DNA of 64,000 nt from Octopus vulgaris (GCA_951406725.2 OX597822.1:38254001-38318000); one strand, 5' to 3'; shown: positions 1 to 13,707, counted from the first letter of the stretch. Made by a program: numbers and translations. The notes: a model not told the origin generated them from the sequence alone.

Positions 1-69
1 TCGAGATATCATCATTAAAAAAACCCAACTCCCAAGTCTCAAACATACGAAAATAAACTGTTAGTTTAC

Positions 70-132
70 CTGGTGATAACGACCAATCTTTAAGTGGGAA
101 TGGCGCCGAATCAATCCCTCACTTGGTACAAG
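70..132 (-). CDS. ABCF2: ABCF2 coding exon 10 (gene continues beyond window start)
   Basis: LVPSEGLIRRHSHLKIGRYHQ; ctccag / gtaaac; 63 nt. Confidence 0.95.
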
Positions 133-725
133 CTGGAGAAAAATGGAAAAGCAAAGAGTTATTTAGAAAAAGAGTTTACATGAACAAATTATACAAGACT
201 GATTTAGTTGGTTCATTCCTCCAATGGAACTGTTACTGCCACTTGGTGGCACAATTCATAAGACTCATTTTGTTATTCTGATAGACAGCATTATACCATA
301 TGTAAAGATCATCTTGTCTAACCTCAACAACTACATTCAACTCCCTTGCACAGACCTAACTTCATTGATATATACGAGACTGCTCATAATATTACACAAG
401 TATCCTGAGTAAATCTAACAATTTAAATATATATATTTGTAAAGGGAAAGTATGATAAACACAAGAGGCAGTTAATATCATTTGTACCCTACATATGTTT
501 CACCATTATGGTAATATGCATCCTCTGCAGTGGATGCTTCCAATTGGATGCTGATCCATAATTCTTCAGGGGAACACTTTGTTGCATTGTTTTTACACAG
601 GTCAAATGTTTAAAGTTGGACAGGTGACAAGACTTTCTATATGTATGTTGAAAGGGAAATAAATACAGATCAAAGAGAGATAGAGAGAAAAAAAGCAAGA
701 GCAATACTATAAGAAACCAACTTAC

Positions 726-836
726 CTCACCACATAACAGTTTTAACAACGTTGATTTCCCAGCTCCGTTCGGTCCGACCAAGGCAACTCTGGTGTCAAG
801 ATCAATACCAAAATCCAAATTTTTATAGATAAAAGG
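726..836 (-). CDS. ABCF2: ABCF2 coding exon 9 (Walker A of ABC2)
   Basis: [37 protein letters not shown]; ttgcag / gtaagt; 111 nt. Confidence 0.97.
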
Positions 837-1454
837 CTGCAAACAGACAAATTATGAGATACAGTTAGAAGTTCAAAGACAGGTGAGCACTAAATACAAA
901 GCTACTGAAACAGATGTATATGGTAACAGAATACATCTAATTTCTCACCGACTTACAGTTTCACTGTTGTTGCCCAGTGAAAATTTAGCCACTGATTAGA
1001 TAAAAGGATTGTTTGAAGGTTATACACCCACAGGAGTCATCAAATTACATGGCTTACTACATGCACTGAACTAGCTTAAAAGGATTCAATTCCACAGCAA
1101 TAAACCAATATCCCCTAACATTTATTAACACATGCCTTTTAGTTCTCACAAGTTATTTTGCAGTCAGTGATTTCAATATGAGAAATCAAATTTCATGTAA
1201 CTTAAAAACCCAAATGACTAAAGTTTCTTTATTAAGTTTGCTTGTTTATATAAAAATATGCAAGATAAAATGAAAGTCAGAGAGAAAGAGAATAAAAGAT
1301 GGAGAATAACCCTTTGCACTTCTGGAAGTTACCCATAATTTTTGAATTGAAAATCCACACAGTCCAGAAAAATGATGAGAATACACACAGTAAATCCACC
1401 AAAGCTATACTTTGCAGGTAGAGAATAAAGAATGTGTGAAGGGACATAACTCAC

Positions 1455-1544
1455 CTTATCTGGTGCATAGCGGAAGTAGACATGTTGCACCATGACAATA
1501 GGAGGTGGCAAAGTTCCACATGATGGAAAAAAGAATGTCAATGT
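1455..1544 (-). CDS. ABCF2: ABCF2 coding exon 8
   Basis: TLTFFFPSCGTLPPPIVMVQHVYFRYAPDK; tttcag / gtgagt; 90 nt. Confidence 0.96.
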
Positions 1545-1858
1545 CTGAAAGAAAAGAAAAGGTAGAAGGTTCAAATCTAAGACAAGTTAGAATTTCAGTA
1601 TTTATAATACATCTTTCTCTCCTCCATGAAGTGGAGAGTGAAGTCATTACATTTTCATCAAAAGACCATTCTAATTCTCCATTAACATTGGTAAAAGGCA
1701 ACTGATCACACCAAACTGCTCTCAAACCAACAGTCACAATATTAAATCCAACTACAAACACATAAGATTCAAGACGTTCCCCATTATCAATTTTTCCTCA
1801 AATGTAATTGTCCCAATTAAAGCTGAAAGACTTCCCAAGCCAGATCATTTTCCATTAA

Positions 1859-2100
1859 CCCTTCTATTAAAAAATTAAGTTTCATAGCTATTCCAGTAAT
1901 GATGTTAAATATCAACCAAAAACTAGAATTGGTATTTTCTGAAAGTTACATTGTCTCAGTAAACTTGACATATCTCAACAGAAAACAGTTTCAAACATGA
2001 AATTCCTCAACAAAAGAGATCAGTATATAAAAAACTGCTTTCTGCAGTTAAGGTTTAATAAAATATTGAATGGCTATATCTGCTTTCTGCATTAAAAGGG
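1859..2100. mobile_element. piggyBac-type MITE (242 bp)
   Basis: TTAA|CCCTTCTATT ... ATTAAAAGGG|TTAA. Confidence 0.6.
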
Positions 2101-2808
2101 TTAACAGAACCAACCACAGCAGTCCTTAGATAAAAGGATTGTCTGAAAGTCCTACGCCCACAGGACTCTTCAAATTACATGGCTTAATTTAAAATATTTT
2201 CTACAATTTGATAAAATTCCTTATTTTAGCAGGAAACTTTCTAATTCCTTCAGTTTTTAAAGTAAATGGTCCAATCACAGAATAATTTGAGACTGTGCAA
2301 ATTCTTTGTTTTTCCCTAAGAAATTTGAGGAAATGGAATAACAGTTTATGAGGTTGTAGAAAAAAGATAAGATACACAACACCCTTACAAACCAGTTTCT
2401 CTGAGCACACATTTCATCTCACAATTTTTATCATCAAATGAACTGAGAGTAATTCAAAAATTTCTGTAACAATAATAAAAGCAAATAGAGATGCTCAGTC
2501 AAGTCACTCAATCAACTAGAAATAGCAGTCAAATCTTTCTCTAATGTATTCCTTCTTTTAAAGATGGTTATGTGTATTCAGATGAAGAAGTCCTGGGTAT
2601 ACAAAAGATAGGATGATCACTACTGGAACACAGCTGAAAATCTGAAAATGAAAGGTTTGCTGGGTCAGGCAAGACCTGGGGCTACCAAAAGCAAAACCAA
2701 AAATAAAGGATCACAAACTGAAAAAAAAAAAATTACAGGAAGGATCAGAAATGGGGTGGGTGAGGGGTTCTTGTGTCTCTTGCTAAATGGTAATAAAAGG
2801 AAACTTAC

Positions 2809-2928
2809 TTTATCAGAAATTACTTTTTCTGTTAAGCCACTGTCCACCATCTTCTTCAACGTTTTTTCCTTGCTCTGAGCTTGCCGAGCTAACTTGGCAC
2901 TGCCATGACCAAAACGAGCTATGTAGTT
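2809..2928 (-). CDS. ABCF2: ABCF2 coding exon 7
   Basis: [40 protein letters not shown]; ttcag / gtaagt; 120 nt. Confidence 0.97.
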
Positions 2929-4325
2929 CTGAAATGAAGAAAGAAATAATAAGGAGAAGTTTAAAGTATGAAGGACATGAATTGTTATACAGTCACAATC
3001 TGAAGTTAGACCTGAATCATTATCAAATTGATCCTGCCGGATTACTATTTCTCATTACAATCATTTCAATGATGAAGAAACAAAAGTTGAAAATACTGTT
3101 CATCAGCATTACATTAACTTTTGTGAACTAATTACATTACAGTATGAGGAACAAATGAGAACTATTAACAAAAGCCCCTTAATTTCAGTCAGTGGTCTTC
3201 AACATGTACCCAACACTAAACCAGTTGCCAATATGTATTTCTAAAGGCGGGAAGCTGGCAGAATCATTAGCATGCCAGGTAAAATAATTAACGGCATTTC
3301 ATCAGTCTTTACATTCTGAGTTCAAATTCCACTGAGGTCGACTTAGCCTTTTATCCTTTTGGGAATGATAAAATAAAAGTCCATCAAGTACTGGGGTTGA
3401 TGCAATTGACTTCCCTTCCCCTCAAAAACTGTTGGTCCTCTGCCAAATTTTGAAACCATTATTAGGACAGGGAATTGTCAGAATCATTGGAGAGGCAGAA
3501 AAAATGCTTTGTGGTATTTGTTCTAATTTTCTAAATTCAGAGTTCAAATCCCACAAAGTAAATTTACTCTTTCATTCTTCTGGGTTCAATATAGTACTAG
3601 CCATTTACTGGAGTAGGGTGCCTTTCATCCTTTTGGGGCTGATAAAATAAGCACCAGTCGAGCACTGAGATAGGTGTGATCAACTTAACCCCTCCCTGAG
3701 CTTGCAGACCTTGTGCAAAATTTGAAGCCAGTATAGGTACTTCTAACACCAGTCTTTAATGTTATGTACCCCCAACACCACAGCATACCTACAGGAGGAC
3801 CCTCTTCAGTCATGACTGACCATGGGATTGCACCTAGAAAGTTCCCCTCTGAGGCGCAAGTCCAGGCAAGGTTGTTTGTGGAAGACCAGCAGTCGCCCAT
3901 GTATACCAGCCTCCCCTCTCTGCGCCAATGATGTTACCCAAGCGAAAGGCAATGGCTGATACAACTTGGCACCAGTGATATTGCAACTCATTTCTCCAGC
4001 CGAGTGAACTGGAGCAACATGAAATAAAGTGTCTTACTCAAGAACACAATGCACAGCCCAGTCTGGGAATCAAACTCACTACCTCATGATTGTGAGCCTG
4101 ATGCTCTAACCAATGAGCCATGTGCCTTCGCAGCAGTCCTCCACATGTATCCTAAACACTACTCTCCAATATATGTACAACACTAATACCAGTCTTCTAG
4201 ATCTACTCACAACACCATCAGTCTTCTATACGTACCCCCATGCCAGTCTTCATCAACATGTACCCCAAACACCAATGCAGCAGTCTAGCATGAACGAAAT
4301 TAAGAAGCTAATGTGACATACACAC

Positions 4326-4421
4326 CTTCATATGAGCTATCTGGTCTTGTTCCCATTTATATTTCTTCATCTGGTTTTCTTCAACTTCATTCCTTGTCTG
4401 TATATAAGCATCAAAATTGCC
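4326..4421 (-). CDS. ABCF2: ABCF2 coding exon 6 (inter-ABC linker)
   Basis: [32 protein letters not shown]; ttccag / gtgtgt; 96 nt. Confidence 0.96.
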
Positions 4422-6549
4422 CTGGAACATAGAAAACAGGAAGTTAGTTCAACTGGTGGAAGGAAGAAAAGCATCAACAGTTAAGATGAGCTGAATAGAA
4501 ATAAAATCACAAGTTTGTTGTTGTTAGAGAAACCAAGTAAAACAAGGGATATGTTGAAAACACAACATTTTAACCCTTTTGATACTAACCCACCTGAGAC
4601 CATCCCAGGTTTTATGACAAACTTACTGCTTTAAAGTGGTCTGAATTATAGTCTTCCATCAAAATTTTATGCTAATTTTTTCCAGACCCCAGCTTAATAA
4701 TTTAGAGAGTTATTTTACTAAATTCATTATTTTAAAATTTAATTTAAACAAAGACAGCATATGTTAGCAGGACTCAAGAGTTATACAAACATACATCTAT
4801 TACAGATATAACACTATTTGTTACATACAGTTGAATCCTTTATAACACAATAGATAAGATGCTATATATTTTGGACAATTAGTATGGCTTGTTATAATAG
4901 CAACATAATCCTTACTTCAGAGCAATCAAGTACACTCCAGAACGACGATGATGATATATAATCTACATATATATGAAACCTCTATTATGTATCAATAGTA
5001 ATATTTATAATAAAAGACACTTTCGTAGATTTGAAATTTCTTCGATGTACATATCCAATGGGTGTAGAATCTAATGTTTAATAATAATTATGAACTTGTT
5101 GAAATCTTTTGAAAAATAATTTACTTGCTCTAAGGCATCATCTAACGTGTCTTCCATGCTGGCATGGGTTGGATGGTTTGACAGGAACTAGTAAACCAGA
5201 GGACTGCACCAAACTCCACTCTCTACTTTGGCATGGTTTCTATGGCTGGATGCCCTTCCTAACACCAACTACTTTACAGAGTCTGCTTTCTGCTTTTTTT
5301 TTTCATTACACGGCACCAGCACTGCTGAGGTCTGCTTTGGCATGGTTTATAGAGCTGGATGCTCTGTGGATTAATCCATCCAACAAAGTGTGTCCTAACT
5401 ACTTCTGAACTATTGTATCTCCTCTTGTTGAGTCGTGGTCGGGGGGGTGTGATAAATCCATAATGGCCCAATAAGTTGTTTATGTATTTACTCTTACAAG
5501 TGCCTGGAAAGTTTCATATTTGAGTAAAAATAAGAATCCAAGCAAAATAGGTTGAATCAAAATTATTAACTCAATTACCATTATTATATCCATATTAACA
5601 CAACTCAGAATATAAAAAAGGAACACAACTGAAATTAGTTGTAATTAAGTCTCGGAATTAATTAAATTGTTCAAATTATTTCCCTTTAAAACACACATCT
5701 GTAATTGAGAGAAATTGAAAGAGTTAATTCTGATTGGCTATCAATTCTTAATCAAAGCTGTCAACAGCCCATATGTAGAGAGAGCGAGTGTGTGTGTGTG
5801 TGTGTGTGTGTGTGTCTACACAGTAATCTGGCTTCAGTCCATCAGAGTGATCATAGTAAGCACCAACAGCAAGAGATGATGAGCAAAGTGTTTAAAAAAA
5901 AAAAAGGATGAAAGGTGCAATATGAGATGATTGATAAAGAAATAGACAACAGTGAAGGAGGAGGAAGAAGAGGAGGCAAGAAAGGGGAAAAGATTAATGT
6001 TGAGAAAAAGACGATGGAGGATGCAATATGAGGGGAATGATAAAGAAATAGAAAATAGTGAAGGAGGAAGAGGAAAGGCAAGAAAGAGGAAAATATTGAT
6101 GTTAAGTATGACAAGGAATGGGAAGGGACAAAGAAAGGAGAAACCTCCTGAAAAAGTCTTGTAGAAAGTAATGAAAGATGCAAAAGAGAAAATGGAATTA
6201 AAAAAAAAAAACTGTTGGTCCATTTTTCCTTGTACCAATACAAGCTGTCTATTGGTGCATTGGAAAACAGGACACTTTGATGTCTACACTATCACCATGA
6301 AAGTAATGAGAGCCTTGAAATCATGTACTCTGTTTAGAAAAGAGATAGTGCATCTGTGTGCATGAATTCAACATGCTGTGGTGAAAAATCAGACCTTTTA
6401 CTTAAAACATCATCAGCCAGACCTGAGGATTGAACCCTGCTCTCTTTAGATATTGCAGCCAGCTAAATTCAGCTGCAGCTTTGGAGTGAAAATTTCATGT
6501 ATTTTGCCATTTAGGTCTCTCTCTCTAGATATATATGCGTGTGAGAGAG

Positions 6550-6594
<45 letters not shown>

Positions 6595-6599
<5 letters not shown>

Positions 6600-6783
6600 A
6601 TCACTTGACTACCGCAGGTATTATGTTCCAAAACCCCGTGAAATAGAAACAGTACTGTATATTTTTTATAATTTTTATAATTTGTATATATTTTATTATA
6701 AATGCAAAACAACACGGTGGAATTAACGTAGGCTTAAATAATAAACTGCAATAGGTGAACCGTGATATGGCAAGGGATTACTG
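6595..6783. mobile_element. Tc1/mariner (Tigger-like) MITE in a TA tract
   Basis: Termini TAGTAATCACTTG / CAAGGGATTACTG abutting (TA)n. Confidence 0.6.
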
Positions 6784-6954
6784 CGTGTGTGTGCTTGAAA
6801 CATCAATTCTACTTCCATCTAAAACTTTCACTGAGCATTAATCTGATATATTCACTGTGTTATGCCCAACTGACTTTTGCTTTTTCCTTGTACTTTTTGT
6901 CCATGGATTTGCCTGCCTACCTACATACCTATATGCATACGTACAAATATGTAT

Positions 6955-7240
6955 CACTTTGAACTAAGAAAAAAAGAATTTCTTAGTCAAACCAGAATAA
7001 ATGTCTCCACTATGCCTTTCTTCCAACCTTACCATAAAAACTTACCTACAATTGTTCACCATACTCCACACCCTTTCTACACAATTTTCCGTCAATCCTT
7101 CAACACACCTAATTCTCATTCACATTAATCCACCTACCAAAAGAATAACCAGCCAAAAACTATATAAGAGCCAAAGCAAACCACAGTCTGATGATGGCAG
7201 AGAAGCCAAAACTTCAACATCCTCATCAACTTTTTATATA
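6955..7240 (+). mobile_element. Penelope-like element relic with decayed hammerhead
   Basis: PFFQPYHKNLPTIVHH resembles the PLE RT-EN linker (P....YHP.LP.I). CTGATGA-T-GGC AGAGAA GCC-AAAAC at 7188-7212 (GAAA lost by CpG decay). Ends at (TA)n. Confidence 0.55.
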
Positions 7241-7750
7241 TATATATATAAAAAAAACTAACACACACAAATTTTTTTTTGCTTCTTGCAGAGTTTGATG
7301 TAAGACACCTTTTAAACTTATCTTTAACTAATACTATTAATATGTAAATTAAATATTCTATGGAAGCTAAGCAACATCTACATGTTTTGGTCATAATTAT
7401 GTGGAAATTAACTCGAAATATAAATTCTGAGGCTAGTTTTGCACCAAATGGCAAAGAATGTAAGTGGGAAGATGCTCTGAGTCATGTCTAACCCATACCT
7501 GTATGTAAAGATGGACTTTAAATGAGGATATAATCATGTGAAATGATGTTCTAAAAGAGTAATTCTACATAGAATTATATTTATTCTTTCTATGAATTCT
7601 TGTTGCTAAAACTGAACACCAAAAATAATCAACATCATTAGGTCTATACAAAACAGTTCCATGAGGTCCCCCTGCTTTTAATAACCAACAATAGAGAGCT
7701 TGTGGTAGCAATAATAAGGAATTTCTGAAGAAAACAGTGAAGAGACTCAC

Positions 7751-7853
7751 ACCATAGTAAATCAGTTTGCGAAGATGCATGTGAATAATATTGGTACAAA
7801 CACCATTGAGGAAATCCTGCGAGTGGGAAATTATGACCAATATTCTCTTGTAG
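7751..7853 (-). CDS. ABCF2: ABCF2 coding exon 5
   Basis: [34 protein letters not shown] (H-loop); tttcag / gtgagt; 103 nt, phase 2/0. Confidence 0.96.
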
Positions 7854-8252
7854 CTGAAACAAACAAAATAATGGCAGATGTAAAGAACTTCATGTTTATA
7901 TACAGAAATGGTTTAGAATTTAAGTAGTAAAGGAATTTATATTGATATAATAAATAACTCATATCCCCTTGCTCCAACTAATCCCAAACACCCTGTAAAA
8001 CAGGTCATATACTCCTCTCACTAAACTAAAAGCAAAATGTAATGCAATTTAGTTAAAGCTCCCTCAATAGTTCCTGCAGTCATTTTAAAAACTTGTGTTT
8101 GCTGCTGCTGCTGCTACTACTACTACATAAAAGTTCCATCACTGAGTCATCAAGCACTTTGTAGCAATGACTTCATACCATTCCTCTTCACAAAGTGTAT
8201 CAAGTTGCCACCAGTTCTAACTCAAATCCCCAAGGTCACAACAGTTACTTAC

Positions 8253-8520
8253 TTGCGGAGTTCTTCCTCCAGCCAGACACAAGCATCCAAATCCAGATGA
8301 TTCGTAGGCTCATCCAACATCAGCAAGGCTGGCTTGATGTATAAAGCTCTAGCAAGAGCAATTCTCATACGCCATCCTCCAGAGAAGTCCTTCACTTTTT
8401 TGCTTTGCATCTCTTTGGTGAAGCCAAGACCATGTAAAATATAGCCAGCTCGAGCATCGGCTTTGTCAGCATCCATGTAGTCGAGTCGCTCATACACATC
8501 CAGTAGGCGGTCATGAGATT
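8253..8520 (-). CDS. ABCF2: ABCF2 coding exon 4 (signature and Walker B of ABC1)
   Basis: [15 protein letters not shown] and [22 protein letters not shown]; tttcag / gtaagt; 268 nt, phase 1/2. Confidence 0.97.
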
Positions 8521-9073
8521 CTGAAATGAAAAAAAGAAAAGAGTATAGAGTTGAACTCAACTGACGGTTTTAGTAGAATGTTGTACAAGATCCTTGCTAT
8601 TACTTCATTCATAGGCCACCTCCGACTCATTATTATTTCATCACCACCACATGGCAAGCTTGCAGAATCATTAGCATGCTAGATGAAATGCTTAGTGGTA
8701 TTTTGCCCATCCCTATGTTCTGAGTTCAAATTCCGAGGTCGACTTTGCCTTTCATCCTTTCAGGGTTGATAAATTAAGTACCAGTGAAACACTGGGGTCG
8801 ATGTAATCTACTCATCTCCTCTGCTAAAATTTCAAGACTTGTGCCTATGGTAAAAAGGATTATTTCAACACCACACTGCAGCTAAATAGCCTTATTGTCA
8901 TGTTGATAGCTCTAGGCTCTTTAAACTTATTCTAGTGCTTGATCGGGTCTCTGATGAAATACACTGATTATACTTTTCATTTGAGTTCAAACTTGAGTAA
9001 AGTCTTGTACAAGAACCTTCAAGACTCAAGCAAAAACTTAACCATCAAGTTAAATATACCAAGATTATTTTAA

Positions 9074-9289
9074 CCCTTTAGCAGTTAAACCAATCTTATC
9101 CACCCAATATATTCTACCAGTTTTATATTCAAACTGACCAGATCCATTCTTTCCCACCTACCCTACAATGTCATTCTAAAGATAATCACATCATTGAAGT
9201 CTCAAGGCTATGAGATAATGCTCAATTTATACAAAACAATGAAAATAAATAAACAATACATTCAACAGAATATTCTGAATGCTAAAGAG
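9074..9289. mobile_element. piggyBac-type MITE family 2 (copies also near 28220-28778, 44520-44766, 46356-46930, 47060-47950)
   Basis: TTAA|CCCTTTAGCA ... TGCTAAAGAG|TTAA; shared internal motif cacctaccctacaatgtcattct in the other copies. Confidence 0.8.
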
Positions 9290-9472
9290 TTAATAAACTT
9301 ATTCCAGCTCTTTGTCATTTTGAAAAATGACCAAAATATTTCATAGTTAGAAATACACGAATGCAATCATGTAAAGTAATATCTGTGCCTGTTAGAAACC
9401 TGATAATCACAAGCAAGTTAACTTGTGTCGCAGCAGACAAAAATCAGAGTAAAAAGAAAAATCCCGACTTAC

Positions 9473-9661
9473 CTAAGTCATCCGCAGCTGCCAAAGTTTC
9501 TGCTTCTTTCTCTAATCTCAGACGTTCTGTGTCAACCTCAATGACACACTGGAGAGCGGACTTGTCACTGGGCGGCATCTCGCGACACAACAGAAAGGTG
9601 TCGATGTGTTTGGGAATTGGAAACTCTCGCAGCTGGATAGCTGACAGCAAAGAGGTTTTAC
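9473..9661 (-). CDS. ABCF2: ABCF2 coding exon 3
   Basis: Completes Walker A GLNGCGKT; [60 protein letters not shown]; ttcag / gtaagt; 189 nt. Confidence 0.96.
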
Positions 9662-9919
9662 CTGAAGAAGAAAAAACAGGTGTTAACAAAATTAACGCTA
9701 CACGATTACCAAACACACAGAAGAGACATCAAACAAGACATATTCCAAATATTTTATCATCAACATTTTAATGTCCACTTTCCTATGCTTGCATGGGTTG
9801 GACAAAGTTTATTGAGGTAGATTTTCCATGGCTGGATGCCCTTCCTGTTACCAACCCTCATACAGAAACAAGAGGCCGATAAATTTTCTATCTACTGGTG
9901 CACAACCATGTGTAGATGA

Positions 9920-11132
9920 AAATCGCAACCCATTTGTGAACCTTGATTATAACAGGTACATGGGTGGTGTAGATCAGCTGAACCAAATGATGAAGTTATC
10001 TGGTTGGTAGACAGGATAATAAATGGTGGCGATACCTGGTTTGGTATATAGTAAACATGAGCATTGTAAATGCATTTATATTATATACCAAATCAGGAGG
10101 GGCTCGCAAGTAGTGCAACCATCTGCAGTTCTGAGCAGATGTAGCAACACAGTTGAGGGCAGGTTATTCCAATATAAAAAAAAAATTTATTTTTTTAATT
10201 AAAAAAAAAAAAAAAAAAAAAATCAAGGGTCACAAAAGGCAGTGCCATGAATGCCTACAACAAAAATAAACTCCCAGTGGACAGCCAATTGAAACTTCTT
10301 TTCAATGTGCATTCTAAGTCTTCTTTACTCAATCTATCCTTCCTTTTTTTATAGCAGAACAGTGCAGTTTGAGATAGACTTAGCTGCTATTTGTAACTAG
10401 CCCAATGTTCTCCTTTGTCTTGATTTAGTTTGTCAGCCAATTAAGAAAAAGCATTAATGAATCAATGTCTTTCACTTGATTTGGAGATCAGTATGTAGAG
10501 TGGGATGTTTTACAAATTTCCATGATAGAAATAGTGTGAATATTGTATAAATATTTTTTCAAATTTACTTCGTTTTTACTTTTTATTTACCTGTAATTTT
10601 AATTTGCCTGCAAGATGAGTGACAAGTTTTGATTTAATTTCTTTGGAATTCTTTATTATACAAGTTCTTGTGTATTCATGTATGTATGTGAGTTTATTTC
10701 ATTTAGTTGATGTACTTAATTTTCTATTTTTCTTCAAAAACAAATTCCTGTATTTCATTTTATTTTACCGTTACCTGTTTTTATCTGCATGAAATTCAAC
10801 TGATAATCTAGTGATGTGAACAATTCTTTATTAAAATTTTGTTGCACATACAATTGAATATTAGCTGACTCATTTTCTATGGTGATGTTTAAACAAAATT
10901 TAAATATTTCTATATTTTGCTGAATTTACCTGTAATTAGAGTTGCTTTGAGACGAAAGTTATGCAACAGAATTAAGAACCCTTTCTTCAATTGTGTTCCA
11001 AATATCACATTAATATGTTAAGTAAAGAAGTTACAGTTGTTTAATGAAACTAGTCTAAACTTACGATTATTTTAGAATTTAATTGAAACTCATAAGAGGC
11101 ATATTTTGGTTAGAAATACAGTAACAAAAGGG
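9920..11132 (+). mobile_element. 3' part of a related piggyBac element in an ABCF2 intron
   Basis: DYNRYMGGVDQLNQMM, KWWRYLVWYIVNMSIVNAFILY and Cys-rich tail KRQCHEC...ETSFQC. Non-coding tail 10600-11132 is the reverse complement of ~56754-57470. Ends AAAAGGG|TTAA. Confidence 0.85.
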
Positions 11133-11136
11133 TTAA

Positions 11137-11357
11137 CCCTTTCATTACCAACCCGGCAGAAACCAGCTCTGGCTCTGAGTACTAATGTCTTGTTTTCATA
11201 AGTTTTGACTTAAAATCTTCCACCAAAATCTTAGTCACAATTTATGTTCCTAACACTAGATTCATGACAACTAAGTTATTTTACGAAATTCTTCGTTATA
11301 TTTAAAGTAATTGAAAGAAACACAGAGCATCTCAACATAAATACAGTAACAAAAGGG
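11137..11357. mobile_element. piggyBac-type MITE (221 bp), related copy at ~4574-4780
   Basis: TTAA TSDs at 11133-11136 and 11358-11361; TIRs CCCTTTCATTAC / GTAACAAAAGGG. Confidence 0.85.
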
Positions 11358-11536
11358 TTAAACAATTACTCAAAAGTCATTCCAATGCCTATATCTGGTT
11401 TGAGAGTAGTAGTAATAGTTACATTATGTTGTTGAATGGTAACCATTTAACAAGCAAGGAAACCAAATCATTTAATAGTTTGCTGAAAGGTCAAAATGAA
11501 ATAAAAAATTTTTAAAAATAAGCGGTGAAGACCTAC

Positions 11537-11743
11537 CACAGCCATTTAAACCAATTATACCATAACGTCGACCAACATTGAGTTCAAGCTTTGTGTCACT
11601 CAGTAACTCTGCTCCATGGAATGTGATGGACAGATTGTCGATGTGAAGATCACGGCTGTCTGGATGGGAAGCAAGAACTCCAGTACAGGAGCGATGCTGA
11701 GAGATGAGTTCAAGCTCATCTAACTGCTTGGTAATGCCATCAA
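11537..11743 (-). CDS. ABCF2: ABCF2 coding exon 2 (start of ABC domain 1)
   Basis: [12 protein letters not shown]...[49 protein letters not shown]; tttcag acceptor, gtaggt donor; 207 nt, phase 1/1. Not in the ORF track. Confidence 0.96.
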
Positions 11744-13675
11744 CTGAAACAAGGAAAACATTTCAATAAAAACAGAAACGTATGCACCACCAGTGGAAGA
11801 CAACACCAGCCATTCATTACATCCAAGCTAAGATTACACAACATAACAGTTAAAGTATGATTTAGAATAATATTCAGTTATCTCCCTTTACATTCAGAAT
11901 GCAATTCTTATTAGTGTTGAGCTTTTCTCACGCTGGTCAATACAATTAGGTTTAAGCTAAATATTTTTTTTATGTTGAATTAACCAACCATCTGTACCCC
12001 CAAATCTCTCAAACAGTAGCCAGGAAACAAATGTTAGTAATTCTCATTATGTTCATCATAGTCAAGTGTTGGAGTCAGAAAAATATAAATATCGCTTCAA
12101 GGTTTCTGAGCACCGTGGGAATTCAATTCCTGTAAGGAAGAGCTCACCACTCTACCTCGGCCTTTTATGTCCTCATTCTCCAACCATCAACCGGAACAAA
12201 AATACTAGTGGCCGTTGCTGCCATGGAAACAAGAACAATCAGCTGATAACTACCATTCTACAGTGTAAATACCATCAGACATGTGTATTCAACCATTTTA
12301 TCTGCATAGAAAATATATTAATTTCTAACAAACTGTATAGAATGCCAGTCAATTAAATTAACCACCAATATCATAACTGATACTTTATTTTAATGACCCT
12401 GGAAACGTGATAGATACACCAAGAGGATTTGAACTCAGGAATGTTATGCAACAGTTATAATAGTGTATGAAGCAAAAGGAGAGAGAGAGAGCCAAAAAGT
12501 GAAAATATCAGGTAAGCTGCAGGTGAACTGATGAGGGGGCGACTGGGGATGAGGAGATAAACTGAACATGTTCATGTTCAGCTGATCAAAATTTCATGCT
12601 TCAGACTAGCGAGGGGCTGAGTTATGAGTAGGTGTTGTGGGAGGATGGGTCCATGCAAGCCCTGAAGAAAAACACAACAGTCACTGAATTGTTTTGTTAT
12701 TTACCTAATCGGCCTTAAGATCATAAATGAATACTACAAGGAATTTATTCAGACCAGCACTCGACTGATAATAAACTATACAATGCAAATATCCATGGGG
12801 ATGATCATGATCTCTAGACTTGCACAAATCATGGTGAAATTTACAAAGTGGTTGACCTTTATATCAATATTCAACCCAAAAGGCTGTAACAAATCTAGTA
12901 GTCACCTCTATAACTACCCACCTCCTACGAAATACAACAAATAACCCAGTTATTGCCCTCATATCTACGTACCACTTATTAGATAAAATACCACTATATT
13001 GGTTACCCTTGCACCTAACCACCACCCAAATATTAACCCACAATTGAGTAAATCAGTGGTTCTCAATCAGGGTCCATGTGACCCTTAGGGGATCCAGATA
13101 AGATTTTGCCATTAAAATTTATGTGCAATAAACTGGTTATACACTTCTACTATGCATAAAATATTTCAACAACTTTTTATACAATTCTTAAATTCTACAC
13201 ATATAAATTTGACATGGGTGATTCTTTCTTGTCTTGGGATTCACGGTCAAACAGCTGGGTGGAATTGCGCAAAAAATTACACAGATGTGTAGAATGAACC
13301 GGTGGTGTTGCTGGGCCTTGTATTTTTTTCATAGCTCTCATGATTATCAAGATAATCTACTATAATAATACTCCTGTGTTTATGAATGAGAAAGGAAGGG
13401 GTGATAGATGAATAAGGAAGTGATGTCATATATATGTAATGTGTGTGTGTGTGTATATGTATGTGTATGTGTATATATATATATATACACTCACGGAGTG
13501 GTTGGCGTTAGGAAGGGCATCTAGCCGTAGAAACACTGCCAAATCTGACTGGGCCTGATGAAGCCTTCCGGCTTCACAGACCCCAGTTAAACCGTCCAAC
13601 CCATGCTAGCATGGAAAACGGACGCTAAATGATGATGATATATATATATATATATATATAGTGGTTTTTGGCTTC

Positions 13676-13707
<32 letters not shown>

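Noticed and set aside
200-620. Small hairpins (TGCCAC/GTGGCA, GCATCC/GGATGC) with nearby ANANNA/ACA as possible H/ACA snoRNAs
   Set aside because: Pocket-to-box distances and box placement do not fit; such motifs are frequent in AT-rich DNA.
3028-3041. TTGATCCTGCCGGA, matching the 5' end of small-subunit rRNA (ABCF2 strand would be antisense)
   Set aside because: Isolated 11-14 nt match with no flanking rRNA similarity and no canonical C/D box pair with terminal stem; compatible with chance.
5834-6243. 130-aa hydrophobic and K/E/R-rich ORFs
   Set aside because: Purine-rich low-complexity tract; no domain or splice support.
13556-13582. CTGATGA-AGCC/GGCT hammerhead-like start
   Set aside because: No GAAA follows; it is a point variant of the RTE-tail sequence ctggtgcagcc.
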